Shown: piece after piece, positions 47,492 through 56,629 of the stretch
Layout: every line of letters starts with the position of its first letter
Position numbering within the stretch: position 1 is the first letter of the stretch
Origin: Polyangiaceae bacterium
GTDB taxonomy: Bacteria > Myxococcota_A > Polyangia > Polyangiales > Polyangiaceae
Assembly: GCA_965222375.1 (NCBI GenBank)
Contig: CBDCTZ010000016.1
Coordinates: 704,001 to 768,000 of the forward strand
DNA length: 64,000 nucleotides
Reading direction: 5' to 3'
The notes under the pieces: model-generated
Database searches by the model: none
Told to the model about the DNA's origin: nothing
Seen by the model: only the letters and a program-made list of their open reading frames with translations
Position numbers and translations under genes: made by a program

Positions 47492-49105
47492 ATGCTACTG
47501 GGCAGAGCGGACGCGAGCGCTCCTGGCGCGCCCAAGTTGCTGCTGATAAGGGCGCGTATCGACGACCACTATGGCGAGGCGTCAGCTCCAGCCCAAGGGC
47601 TGATGTACCTCGGTGCAGTCGCGCGGACATGCGCCTGGGACACGCGCGCACTCGACACCTACTTGGTGGAGGATCCCGAGGTGGCCATTCGAGTGGCTCT
47701 GAAGCGATTCCCTGCCGACGTGATCGGGATTAGTGCCCTCACTGCCGAAAGCCGCTCAATGCACGCGCTCGCTCGCGTGGTTCGCGCCGCTCGACCTGAA
47801 GCGGTTGTTCTCGCAGGTGGCGCCCACGCGAGCGCGGAACCCGTGCAAACTGCGCTAAACCCCGCGGTTGACGCCGCGGTCATCGGCGAGGGTGAAGAGA
47901 CCCTTCGAGAGATCTTGAAGCGCATTGCCGCCGGAAAACCGTGGAAGGACTCGGCCGGGCTCGCCTTCCGTGGCGAAGATGGCCAAGTTCACCAGACACG
48001 ACCACGCGGCTATCTGGAGGATCTGGACCAGCTCCCCCCACCCGCGTGGGATCTCACTGACATCGATGCCTACAGCCAACGTCGCGGAATGTCACTCGCC
48101 GGCCAACGGCGCTACATGCCGTTGACGACGAGCCGAGGTTGTCCCTACCGTTGCAGCTACTGCCACGACATTCAGGGTAAGCGCTTCCGTGCACATAGCC
48201 CTGAGTACGTGCTTCGTATGATGGACGACCTGCGCAGGGACTACGCTGTGCATGACTTCGACATCACCGACGACATCTTCAACTTCGACGCCGAGCGGAT
48301 GCTGAAGCTGTGCGATGGGATGATCGAGCGTGGCGACATTCGGTTTACCTGTCCCAATGGGATCCGCGCCGACCGCATGACGGTCGAACAAGTCGAGCGC
48401 ATGGCAGATGCTGGCTGCCAATACGTTGCGATTGCGATCGAAACAGCAACCCCTCGGCTTCAGAAGCAAATCCGGAAGCATCTTCGTTTCGACAAGGCCT
48501 TGGTCATCATCGAGGCCTTCAATTGTCGGCAGGTCTTCACGTCAGGGTTCTTCATGATGGGGTTTCCCTCGGAGACAGAGACCGAGCTGAGAGCTACCAT
48601 CGAGTTCGCACTCGAGTCGAAGCTGCACGCCGCCCATTTCTTCGTCGTCACTCCTTTTGGTGGGACGGAAATGCACGAACAAGTCGTGGACACGATGGGC
48701 CAAGAGGCGACGCTGCTCACGGGGAGCGGCATGTTCTTTCGACCTAAACACAACCTCAGTGCCGTGCCAGATCGCCGTTTCTATCGCTTGCGCGGCAGCG
48801 CGTATCTACGATTCTACCTGGACCCGAGGCGAGTCACGCGCATCTACAAGGCCCACCCAAGGCGCAACGATCTGCTTCAATACTTCGGCACGATGCTGCT
48901 GCGAGATGTGCTGCGCATCGAGCCGGGCCGGCCCCTTGGAGTGCTGTCCCGGCTGCGCAAGGCTTTCTCCCGTGCCAAGCGTCCTACTTGGAGTGCACCC
49001 GATGTCCTGCTGTGGAATCCGAACGCCGACGTGATCGATGAGCCGTCGCCAAGTGACGAGCGGCGCCGACTGGCCGTTGCCGGACAGACCACCGCGTCCG
49101 AATGA
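47492..49105 (+). CDS. B12-binding domain radical SAM protein
   Basis: GLMYLGA, GGAHAS, GEGE, SRGCPYRCSYC, DDIFN, FMMGFPSET. Confidence 0.9.
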   Translation: MLLGRADASAPGAPKLLLIRARIDDHYGEASAPAQGLMYLGAVARTCAWDTRALDTYLVEDPEVAIRVALKRFPADVIGISALTAESRSMHALARVVRAARPEAVVLAGGAHASAEPVQTALNPAVDAAVIGEGEETLREILKRIAAGKPWKDSAGLAFRGEDGQVHQTRPRGYLEDLDQLPPPAWDLTDIDAYSQRRGMSLAGQRRYMPLTTSRGCPYRCSYCHDIQGKRFRAHSPEYVLRMMDDLRRDYAVHDFDITDDIFNFDAERMLKLCDGMIERGDIRFTCPNGIRADRMTVEQVERMADAGCQYVAIAIETATPRLQKQIRKHLRFDKALVIIEAFNCRQVFTSGFFMMGFPSETETELRATIEFALESKLHAAHFFVVTPFGGTEMHEQVVDTMGQEATLLTGSGMFFRPKHNLSAVPDRRFYRLRGSAYLRFYLDPRRVTRIYKAHPRRNDLLQYFGTMLLRDVLRIEPGRPLGVLSRLRKAFSRAKRPTWSAPDVLLWNPNADVIDEPSPSDERRRLAVAGQTTASE

Positions 49106-49132
49106 ACGCGACTGGCCAAGGTCGGGCGATGC

Positions 49133-49159
49133 GCCCGGGCCTGAAACCCAGGGCCGGGT
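49133..49159. terminator. GC hairpin between convergent genes
   Basis: GCCCGGGCCTG-AAACC-CAGGGCCGGGT. Confidence 0.35.
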
Positions 49160-49164
49160 GGGTC

Positions 49165-49602
49165 TCAGGTGCAGACCGACTTGCAGATCGGATCTGTGCA
49201 CTGAGCGAGCGCGTCGAAGGCCGCCTTTCCGGTTGGGTTCTTGTCGATGCAGGCCTGCGCACATACGGTGTCGCCAGGTGTACATTGCCCAGCACATGCC
49301 AGGATGGCAACGCAGCCCGATTCCGCCTGACACGCGGAAGCCTGCGTAGAGCATGGGCCCTGTAACGCATCTGCAAGACATTTTGCACAGGCCGCCGCCG
49401 CGCTTCCGCCCGCACCGCCTGCGCCACCCGTTGCTGAGCCTGCGCTGCCACCAGTTGCCGAGCCTGCGGCGCCGCCGGTTGCCGAACCTGCAGCGCCACC
49501 GGTACCTGTCACGCCACCCGTGCCCTTGCTACCGTCGTCGTCATCGCTTCCGCAAGCCAAGACTAGTAGGGAAGCGCAGACAATGAGGGCCGTGGTACGC
49601 AT
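49165..49602 (-). CDS. Small Cys-rich lipoprotein
   Basis: VLAC lipobox, GGAAGSAT repeats, helical Cys domain (12 Cys). Confidence 0.8.
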   Translation of the reverse strand: MRTTALIVCASLLVLACGSDDDDGSKGTGGVTGTGGAAGSATGGAAGSATGGSAGSATGGAGGAGGSAAAACAKCLADALQGPCSTQASACQAESGCVAILACAGQCTPGDTVCAQACIDKNPTGKAAFDALAQCTDPICKSVCT

Positions 49603-50123
49603 GGTTGTCTCCTCTGACTTGAGCCACATGCAAAGTAGCAACCAACCGCGCAGTGAGCAACGGGTCGCGAAACATGCGAACGATCATGCCGAAAGTGAAC
49701 GCCAGAGCTGGAAGGAACCCCTTGTCGGCGGGGGAGATGCGCCGGGACGCATCCCCCTCGACGCAGAGAGGGTGACCAGCGGCAACTGCTCCCAGGCCCG
49801 CCGTGTTTCGACTTTACGCTCCGCACATGCGGAGTACGCTCCGCGCACATGTCGCAGTGGATGCGCGGACCCAAGGGGACTTCACTAGGCGCGGGTCTGG
49901 CGCTGGCGGCAGCGGCCTGCGTGCGGCCGGGGGATGGAGCGGCGCCGGAGCCAGCGGCTGGCGAGTTGACGGAGCCCAGCGCCTCCTCGAAGGCGGAGCC
50001 GTTCGAGCTGAAGTTGCCGCCGGGTGCCGAGCCCAGGGCTGAGGAGCTGGCCGCGGGCTGCATGCAAAAGGACGCCGAAGCCTGCTTGAAATTGGGCGTC
50101 GCCTTTAGGACTTGGGCTCGAGG

Positions 50124-51482
50124 CTACACGGCCGCGGTTCGGTAGGGGCCACCGTTTTCGTTCTTGCGCTTCACGTAGCCCGCGCCGCGGGTGGCGAAGA
50201 TTGCTCCAATGCCGATCAGCACCAATGTGGCGGTCACGAAGCCGCCGATGAAGGGCAGGCTGGATCCGACCAGGTACAGCAGGCAGCCAAGGGCCAGATG
50301 CGCGTACGCATTGGGGGTCTTGTGGTGGATCAGCGCGCCGCCCAGGGTCGTGAGCGCTGCGGCGATCCCGACATAGGTGGCAAAGGTCGCCACTAGAGCG
50401 CCGATGACCGCCAGGGGAATGCCCACCAGCGTGACGCACAGCACGATGAACACCAGGGCCGTGAGGAGCGTGCCGACGATACCGAGCGCAAAGGTACGCA
50501 TGGGGCGCGCTGCGATTTCTTTCTCCAGGGTTTCCATTCTTCGCGTGGCCAGCGCCAACAACACGGCGCCGAATACGAAGAGCAGCGCGGTTCGTGTCAG
50601 CGCTCGCCCAGCGTCGCGAAGCAGACCGCCGCCAGTGACGGTCACAGACTTGGCAGCCTTGTTGATCTTGCCTCCGATGTGAGCGCCTTTGCCACGCTCC
50701 ACGGAGCCGCCCAGCACTCCGACGCCGCCGTTGATGCGGGCTCCGTCCTGGATCTCGAGTTTGCCGCCCAATACGGAAGCGTCGCCGAGCACCCGCGCTC
50801 CTTCGTGCAGCACGGCGGAGCCGCCCATGATCGAGAGGTCGCCCTTGACCAGGCCATGCACGTCTGCGGCGCCACCCATCACGACGAGGTCTTGAACCAC
50901 CTCGTCCTTTTCGACGACGGTGTTGCCTCCGGTCACGACGCGGTCTTCGACGGATCCATGGTCAGCGGAGTCGTTGTCTTCGTCTTCGTCCTCATCGGGG
51001 TCGGGGTCGGGATCAGGATCGTCGTCTTGGGTTTTCGCCGCGGCTGGTGGCGCTGGCGTTGCCGGTGGTTTCGGCGTGGCGGCGAAGGGGTCCCCGGCTC
51101 TCGCGGATGCGGTGGCTCCGGCTGGCGCGGCGGGTGACTCGGCGGCGCCCGCGGATTTGGCAACGCTGACGTGAACTAGATTGCCCTCGCGCTTCACGAT
51201 GTAGTCGCGATCCGTCAGCAGCAGCTCCAAGATCTTGCGCGGGGGTTGATCCTTGATGTGGATGTCCACGGGCTGCCGATTGGGCGCATCCACCACGATG
51301 CTCCAGCCGGCTTGGTCCGCCAGCTTTCGCAACGCTTCTGCCCGCGGCAGCTCGGTAACGGACAGGCTCACCTTGTTTTCACTGTCCGGCCATTCGCCTT
51401 CCAGGGTGACCCCGGCCCACGCGGCCGTGTGCAGGCACAGCACCGCACAGAGAACTTGCAACCAAATGACCAGGCGAGTCAT
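50124..51482 (-). CDS. Membrane protein: STN-like domain, bactofilin-like beta-helix and multi-TM C-terminus
   Basis: Signal peptide; VSLSV..LPRAEALRKLADQAGWSIVV..VDIHIKD..LELLL; repeated V.GD..V.GG motifs; about five TM helices. Confidence 0.75.
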   Translation of the reverse strand: MTRLVIWLQVLCAVLCLHTAAWAGVTLEGEWPDSENKVSLSVTELPRAEALRKLADQAGWSIVVDAPNRQPVDIHIKDQPPRKILELLLTDRDYIVKREGNLVHVSVAKSAGAAESPAAPAGATASARAGDPFAATPKPPATPAPPAAAKTQDDDPDPDPDPDEDEDEDNDSADHGSVEDRVVTGGNTVVEKDEVVQDLVVMGGAADVHGLVKGDLSIMGGSAVLHEGARVLGDASVLGGKLEIQDGARINGGVGVLGGSVERGKGAHIGGKINKAAKSVTVTGGGLLRDAGRALTRTALLFVFGAVLLALATRRMETLEKEIAARPMRTFALGIVGTLLTALVFIVLCVTLVGIPLAVIGALVATFATYVGIAAALTTLGGALIHHKTPNAYAHLALGCLLYLVGSSLPFIGGFVTATLVLIGIGAIFATRGAGYVKRKNENGGPYRTAAV

Positions 51483-52003
51483 CGAGCGACTCCTTTCCAA
51501 ACGAGGCGCCGTGGGGCGACCCGCGCAATCACGAGACCAGCGAAAGCGAGCAAGAGGGCCGCGCCGCACCACGCCGCCACCCAAACGGGACCTTGAAAAC
51601 CATGTCGGAGCAGAACGCCGGCGCTCTTGACCAAGACCAGCAGCCCCTGAAAACCAGCGGCGGGCAGCGACATCAGCTGCCTGAGGGAATCCCCGAGCGC
51701 GGGCAAGAGGCCCAGCGCCGCGAGGGCGACCGCAGCGACCACTGCCACGACTGGGAAGCGCACTGCGACGGGAGCCGCTTCCGGAGCTGCTGCAAGTGCC
51801 GCGAAGGCCTCGTGGGCCTTTGCCGACAGCAGAGCCATCTCTCCCAAGCGTTCACTACACTGCGTGCACTCTCCCGCGTGCGCCTGAGCGCTCTCCGGAA
51901 CTAGCGAAAGCTCCGCATCTGCGAGCGCTACCAGCGCTTCATCGCTCAAGTGCCCGTCGGACTGCCAAACGAGCTCGGGGTCAAGTCCGTGCTCTGTCAT
52001 CAC
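51479..52003 (-). CDS. Putative zinc-finger anti-sigma factor
   Basis: HLSDEAL...HAGECTQC (HxxxCxxC) followed by TM helices; overlaps both neighbours. Confidence 0.75.
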   Translation of the reverse strand: MMTEHGLDPELVWQSDGHLSDEALVALADAELSLVPESAQAHAGECTQCSERLGEMALLSAKAHEAFAALAAAPEAAPVAVRFPVVAVVAAVALAALGLLPALGDSLRQLMSLPAAGFQGLLVLVKSAGVLLRHGFQGPVWVAAWCGAALLLAFAGLVIARVAPRRLVWKGVAR

Positions 52004-52578
52004 GCTTCTCCTTCATCCAATGCTTGCGACAGCGCCCGGCGTCCCCGCGACACCCAGGTGCAAACGGTGCCAATCGGTACGCTCATCTCTGCTGCAATTT
52101 CTTTGTAGGCCATGCCCTTGAGATGAAACATCTCCAGAGCAGAGCGTTGGTCGTCGTTCAGAGTCGCAAGGGCTGCGTGCACACGGGCTTGCACTTCCTT
52201 GCGCTCAATCTGTTGGTCCACTGCGGGGCTGGAGTCTGCGACTCGCTCGACCGGGGACGTATCGTCCTCACCGCGGAGTGCCGCTCGCTTCAGCGCGCGC
52301 TGCCGTGCGCGCCCGGCGTCGAGAGCCACGTGGCGTGCAATGCCGAGCACCCAGGGTGCCAAGGGTTCGCCGTCGCGCAGACGCTCGCGGCCTTCGATGG
52401 CGCGGCGGAAGGTCTCGTGGGTGCAGTCTTCTACGTCGGCGTTCGAGGCCGGCAGCCGCAGGACGCGAGCGACCACGGCGCGGACGAGGGGCCGAAGCTG
52501 TTCGAGCCTTTCCGGCTGCGCCAGGACAGCCGGGGGCCCGAGGACTGGTGGCGGTAGAGCCATCCCGAGCGGAAGCAT
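52000..52578 (-). CDS. ECF RNA polymerase sigma factor
   Basis: DVEDCTHETF, WVLGIARH..LD, region 4 LNDDQR..YKEIA..PIGTV. Confidence 0.9.
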   Translation of the reverse strand: MLPLGMALPPPVLGPPAVLAQPERLEQLRPLVRAVVARVLRLPASNADVEDCTHETFRRAIEGRERLRDGEPLAPWVLGIARHVALDAGRARQRALKRAALRGEDDTSPVERVADSSPAVDQQIERKEVQARVHAALATLNDDQRSALEMFHLKGMAYKEIAAEMSVPIGTVCTWVSRGRRALSQALDEGEA

Positions 52579-52651
52579 GCTTACCTTCTCTTCGCCGGGG
52601 GGCCTCCGCTTATTTCAGGCTGGCCACGGTCGGGCCCAGAAGGGGCTCTAA

Positions 52652-53554
52652 CTAGAGGGAATCGTGGAAAATCGCCCGGGCGATGTTGAAGCGGCACAGG
52701 CCGGGGTCCACGGCGCTGGTCACTTTGGGCAGGGAGGCGTCCTTGCCCAGATCCCACAGCGGGGGCGGCGAAAGGGCCCGACCCTTGTCGTCCGTGACCC
52801 GGCGGACCGGAGGGCGTTCCGGCTGGTATTCCGGCGGCCCGATCACGACGGCCCAGGAGCCATCCTCCAGAACCACCGCGCTGCCCACGGGGAATTGACC
52901 CACCACGCGCGCGAGGACGCTGACCCAGGGCCCGAGGGCGGACTCTTTGGACAGGGCTCTCAACACTTCATGGGAAGAGACTCGGGCACCGACCTCGGTG
53001 CTGCTGCAGCGTTCTGCGAAGGCGCGCGCCGTAGCGACCAGGAGCGAACGAGCCAGGGGCTGGCGTAGGCCAGCGTAGAGAGCGCCATTGTTTTTCGACT
53101 GAGAAAGCCATGCCGCTTCGAATACGGTGACAGCGATGTTGCGCGAGGCTTCGTCACCGCCCAAGCAGGCGGCCGCCGAGACCGCCGGCACCTTGGCCTC
53201 CGTGGGCTCCGGTAGCGCGCGGAACACCTCCAAGTCCAACCCCGACTGCCGCGCCAACCAGTGCCGGCCCAGTGGAACCAGCAGTGTGGCTTCAGCGTTC
53301 TGCGCGACCGTCTCATCCGAAGCCTCGAGGTCACGCCCCATGGCGGCTGACACGATGGCCGCGTGCGCGCTGATCACCGCTGGATCCGGCGTGCTTGGGC
53401 GCAGCGCGAGCGCGGAAAGCAGCTTCGCTGGGTTCTCTGCCGCTATCAGCTGTCCCGCCTGAGTTGCCGCAGCCCGGTTCGACTGCAGGGAATCCGCGCT
53501 CGTCGTCTTGCGCGCCACAGCGAAGATCTTGGCGATGCTCTCGATGGTCGTCAT
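52652..53554 (-). CDS. Hypothetical protein, degenerate HD-GYP-like
   Basis: C-terminal GQFPVGSAVVLEDGSWAVV..PERPPVR..D resembles the tail that follows HD-GYP domains; HD and GYP motifs absent. Confidence 0.55.
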   Translation of the reverse strand: MTTIESIAKIFAVARKTTSADSLQSNRAAATQAGQLIAAENPAKLLSALALRPSTPDPAVISAHAAIVSAAMGRDLEASDETVAQNAEATLLVPLGRHWLARQSGLDLEVFRALPEPTEAKVPAVSAAACLGGDEASRNIAVTVFEAAWLSQSKNNGALYAGLRQPLARSLLVATARAFAERCSSTEVGARVSSHEVLRALSKESALGPWVSVLARVVGQFPVGSAVVLEDGSWAVVIGPPEYQPERPPVRRVTDDKGRALSPPPLWDLGKDASLPKVTSAVDPGLCRFNIARAIFHDSL

Positions 53555-56500
53555 TGGCTGTCGCCGTCCTGGGGCTTGCGCTGGGCCCACTGGGAAAGAG
53601 CGCGCTCGGCCGCGGCGCGCACGGACTCTTTGCCTCCCCATCGCTTTTTTGCGGCTTCTTCAAGGGCCTCTCGAGAGTCGTCCATGGAGCCGATCACCCC
53701 GAGCAGGTCTGCCGCCAGAACTCGGCACTCTTCATGCGCCGAGGACTCCAGCAGCTTCGTGTCGAGCAGGATCTCCGTCGCGATGACCTCGGCGCGAGGA
53801 GGCATGATTACCCCGAGGGCATGCAGTAGCTGGCGTTTCTCTTCATAGGACAACGAAGTGAACGCATTGGACTTGATCCGCAAGGCCAGGTGTGGCCCTG
53901 CCGCACGCAACTCGAGATCGCGGATGGCACGAAGTGCTTGCACGCGTGTCTCCTCGTTTGGCTCCGTGTCCAAGATCTTGGTCAATTCGGCCCGCACTCG
54001 CGGTCCGGTCAGTCCTTCCAGGCCCGATAGTGCCTCGACCCGGACCAGCGGTTGGGCGTGGTTGGTTCCCAGGGTCTCTAGCGCGGCCTTGGCACCCGCT
54101 GATGACAATTGAGCCAAGACTCGAACCAGTTTGCGGGCTGCAACTAGATCCGCCTCCATGGCTTTGCTGACGAGGGCGCCCTCTTGGCCCGCGGCGGTGC
54201 GCTCCAACGCCGCTCCGAGATCTACGGAGAGCTCGTCGTCAAAGCTGCCGCACAACCCACCGGCCAAGGCGCGGACATACTCGCCGTCTACCTCTTGGAG
54301 CAGCTGCCGCAGCAGTCCCCGCCGGTCCGGCGATAGGCTGCCCCATGCCGCCGGAGCGAGCAGCTCCGCCAGGCTTGCGGGCGGCAATGCCGTTCGAACC
54401 ACGGTCGAGTGAACCCGAGCCGCGAGCTTTGCGTCTTTGGACTCCTGCGCAACCCCCACCGCGAAGTCCACCAGTTTGTCCGGGCTCTCCGTCAGCTGCG
54501 ATAGCAATGCCGCCACGCCATCCGCCACCCCGTCCATGGCATCTAGCTCCGCGGCGTTCACCAAGACTCGAGTTGCCACGTCCAAGCTGCGTTCTAGGTC
54601 GGCAGATCCGTCGACTTCTGAGACCTTGGCTGGGCGTGGCGCGATGGATAGGCGCCGCCAGAACTGACTGTCGATACGTCGTGGTGGTTGCGACCCAGCG
54701 TCTGCGAAAGCATCTTCGAGCATCAGCGCGGAATCGAAGGCTAGAATGCCTCGGATCCGCTCGAGCTCGGCGCGAGAGGCCGCGTCGTCTTCAACCACAA
54801 CCTCACCTGCGTCCAAGGTTTCCGCTTCCGAAGGCGCTGTGGGCACTTCCAGTATCAGTTCGATGCTGGCGGGCGCGGCAGGTGGTGGGCGAGAGGATTT
54901 CCGCTCTACTGGCGCCGATGCTTCCTCTGCTTCGGGCGGCGCAGCATAGTCCCACAGGTCAGAATCTGCCGGTTGCTCCGAGTCACCACCCGGTGGCGCC
55001 GCGTCGCCGACGGGCGGGACCGAGCTCCGTGGCGGCGGCGAGGACTCGAGCACCTCCGGGCGCTTTGGAGGCGGCGAAGACTCGAGCACCTCCGGGCGCT
55101 GTGGCGGCGGCGAAGACTCGAGCACCTCCGGGCGCTGTGGCGGCGGCGAAGACTCGCGCACCTCGGGCCGTTTCAGCGGTGGGGGCGGCTTGGACTCGAG
55201 CGCCTCCGGCATCTGGACGGGCGGCGAAGATGGAGCGGTTGCGCTGCTGGCTTCGGATCCTCCCACCGGGGTCCCGGGCGTTTCGGAACTCTGCTGCGGT
55301 TGGAAGCGAGGATCATGCACATCGGATAGATCCAGCTCGATAGGTGGAGCGTCCGTCACGGCCGCGCTCTCCGACACGGGTGGCTTCTTCCAGCTCTCGA
55401 CCATGGCCGCCGGTGCCGCTTGGGTCTTCCTGGTTCCCAGCTCCGAGTCCGAATGCGCTTTTGCGGGTTCGGTTGGTGCCGCGGCCATTACCCGGGCGGA
55501 GGCGGAAACGACCTCCGCCGGCGCAAGGCCGTCGCTAGAGCGACGCGTTTCGCCGGCGGTTTCCACGCCGATGGCCTCGTCACTCGCCTCGCCCTTGGGG
55601 GGCACTTCATCTTCCCGGGCCGCTTCGCGGGTGCCCGACGCGGCGGAGGAAATCTTGGACTTGCTAGCGCGACGGGTGGACGTGGGCGGCGCGGAAGCGC
55701 GGCCGGTTTCTGCAGTGTCGTCCAATACGGTTGCGGCGGATATTCGCGGCAACGCCGCCAAGACTGGATCCCCCCGCAATAGCCGACATGCGTCGGCGAA
55801 TTGCTCTGCGCCCAGTCGAGCATCGGGATCTTCCGCCAGGCTGCACTCCATCAGATTCAGCAAGGCGGACGGCGCTTCCGGAGCTAACTCGGTCAACTGG
55901 CGGACCGATCCAGAGCCCGGCCCACGTGCGTCATGGCCGGTGAGCAGCTGAAACAAGAGTGCGCCCAAAGACCAGACGTCTGCTTCCGGAGTTGCCGCGA
56001 AGGAGGCTTCCGGAGCTTCGTAGCGCTCCGGCTCCGGCGGCCCCGGTAGTTCCAACGCCAGTGCGGCGTCTTGACGCAGTTCCGACAGGTTGAAATCAAC
56101 CACGCTCACCGCGCCATCATCCCCGATCAAGACGTGCCCCGCGTGCAGCGCACCGTGCAGTACGCCTTGGTCATGAGCGTGGCCGACGCCGCGCGCGGCG
56201 GCTTCGACGATTCGCAGCGCCTCCGCTGGCGGTACGCGTCCCCGCCGTCGGGCGGAAAAACTGGCGGCGCTCTCGCCGATGACGAGCTTGCGCACGACGA
56301 CCACGTGTCCGTCCACGTTGTCGCGGACATCACTGATGGGCACGATGCGAGGGTGGTCAAGGTCCTTCGTCGCCTCGACACACGACGCAAAGCGTGCCCC
56401 GAGGTCCTCCTTGAGCTTCGGACTGAGACGCTTCAGGGCCAGCAACGCGCCCTCGGTGTCTCGTGCCGACCACACGTCTCCCAGGAGCCCGTTGCCTATA

Positions 56501-56559
56501 TGCGCGACCAACGTCCAAGGACCGAATCGCGACCCCGACTCGTTGGGTCCACTACTCAT
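53551..56559 (-). CDS. Ser/Thr kinase-like (pseudokinase) protein with Pro-rich linker and HEAT-like repeats
   Basis: LALK, APE and DVWSLG present; catalytic loop HGALHAGH, DFN; C-terminal VRVEAL/TRVQAL/VRAAA helical repeats. Confidence 0.8.
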   Translation of the reverse strand: MSSGPNESGSRFGPWTLVAHIGNGLLGDVWSARDTEGALLALKRLSPKLKEDLGARFASCVEATKDLDHPRIVPISDVRDNVDGHVVVVRKLVIGESAASFSARRRGRVPPAEALRIVEAAARGVGHAHDQGVLHGALHAGHVLIGDDGAVSVVDFNLSELRQDAALALELPGPPEPERYEAPEASFAATPEADVWSLGALLFQLLTGHDARGPGSGSVRQLTELAPEAPSALLNLMECSLAEDPDARLGAEQFADACRLLRGDPVLAALPRISAATVLDDTAETGRASAPPTSTRRASKSKISSAASGTREAAREDEVPPKGEASDEAIGVETAGETRRSSDGLAPAEVVSASARVMAAAPTEPAKAHSDSELGTRKTQAAPAAMVESWKKPPVSESAAVTDAPPIELDLSDVHDPRFQPQQSSETPGTPVGGSEASSATAPSSPPVQMPEALESKPPPPLKRPEVRESSPPPQRPEVLESSPPPQRPEVLESSPPPKRPEVLESSPPPRSSVPPVGDAAPPGGDSEQPADSDLWDYAAPPEAEEASAPVERKSSRPPPAAPASIELILEVPTAPSEAETLDAGEVVVEDDAASRAELERIRGILAFDSALMLEDAFADAGSQPPRRIDSQFWRRLSIAPRPAKVSEVDGSADLERSLDVATRVLVNAAELDAMDGVADGVAALLSQLTESPDKLVDFAVGVAQESKDAKLAARVHSTVVRTALPPASLAELLAPAAWGSLSPDRRGLLRQLLQEVDGEYVRALAGGLCGSFDDELSVDLGAALERTAAGQEGALVSKAMEADLVAARKLVRVLAQLSSAGAKAALETLGTNHAQPLVRVEALSGLEGLTGPRVRAELTKILDTEPNEETRVQALRAIRDLELRAAGPHLALRIKSNAFTSLSYEEKRQLLHALGVIMPPRAEVIATEILLDTKLLESSAHEECRVLAADLLGVIGSMDDSREALEEAAKKRWGGKESVRAAAERALSQWAQRKPQDGDSQ
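55030..55200 (-). repeat. 36-bp (12-aa) tandem repeat in the pseudokinase linker
   Basis: RPEV(L/R)ESSPPP(Q/K) x4. Confidence 0.9.
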
Positions 56560-56629
56560 TGCTCAAACCGCACCCGAGGGTGCACTCCGCAGCATATCGC
56601 GACTGTGGCGATGCTCGCCAAATAGGCGC

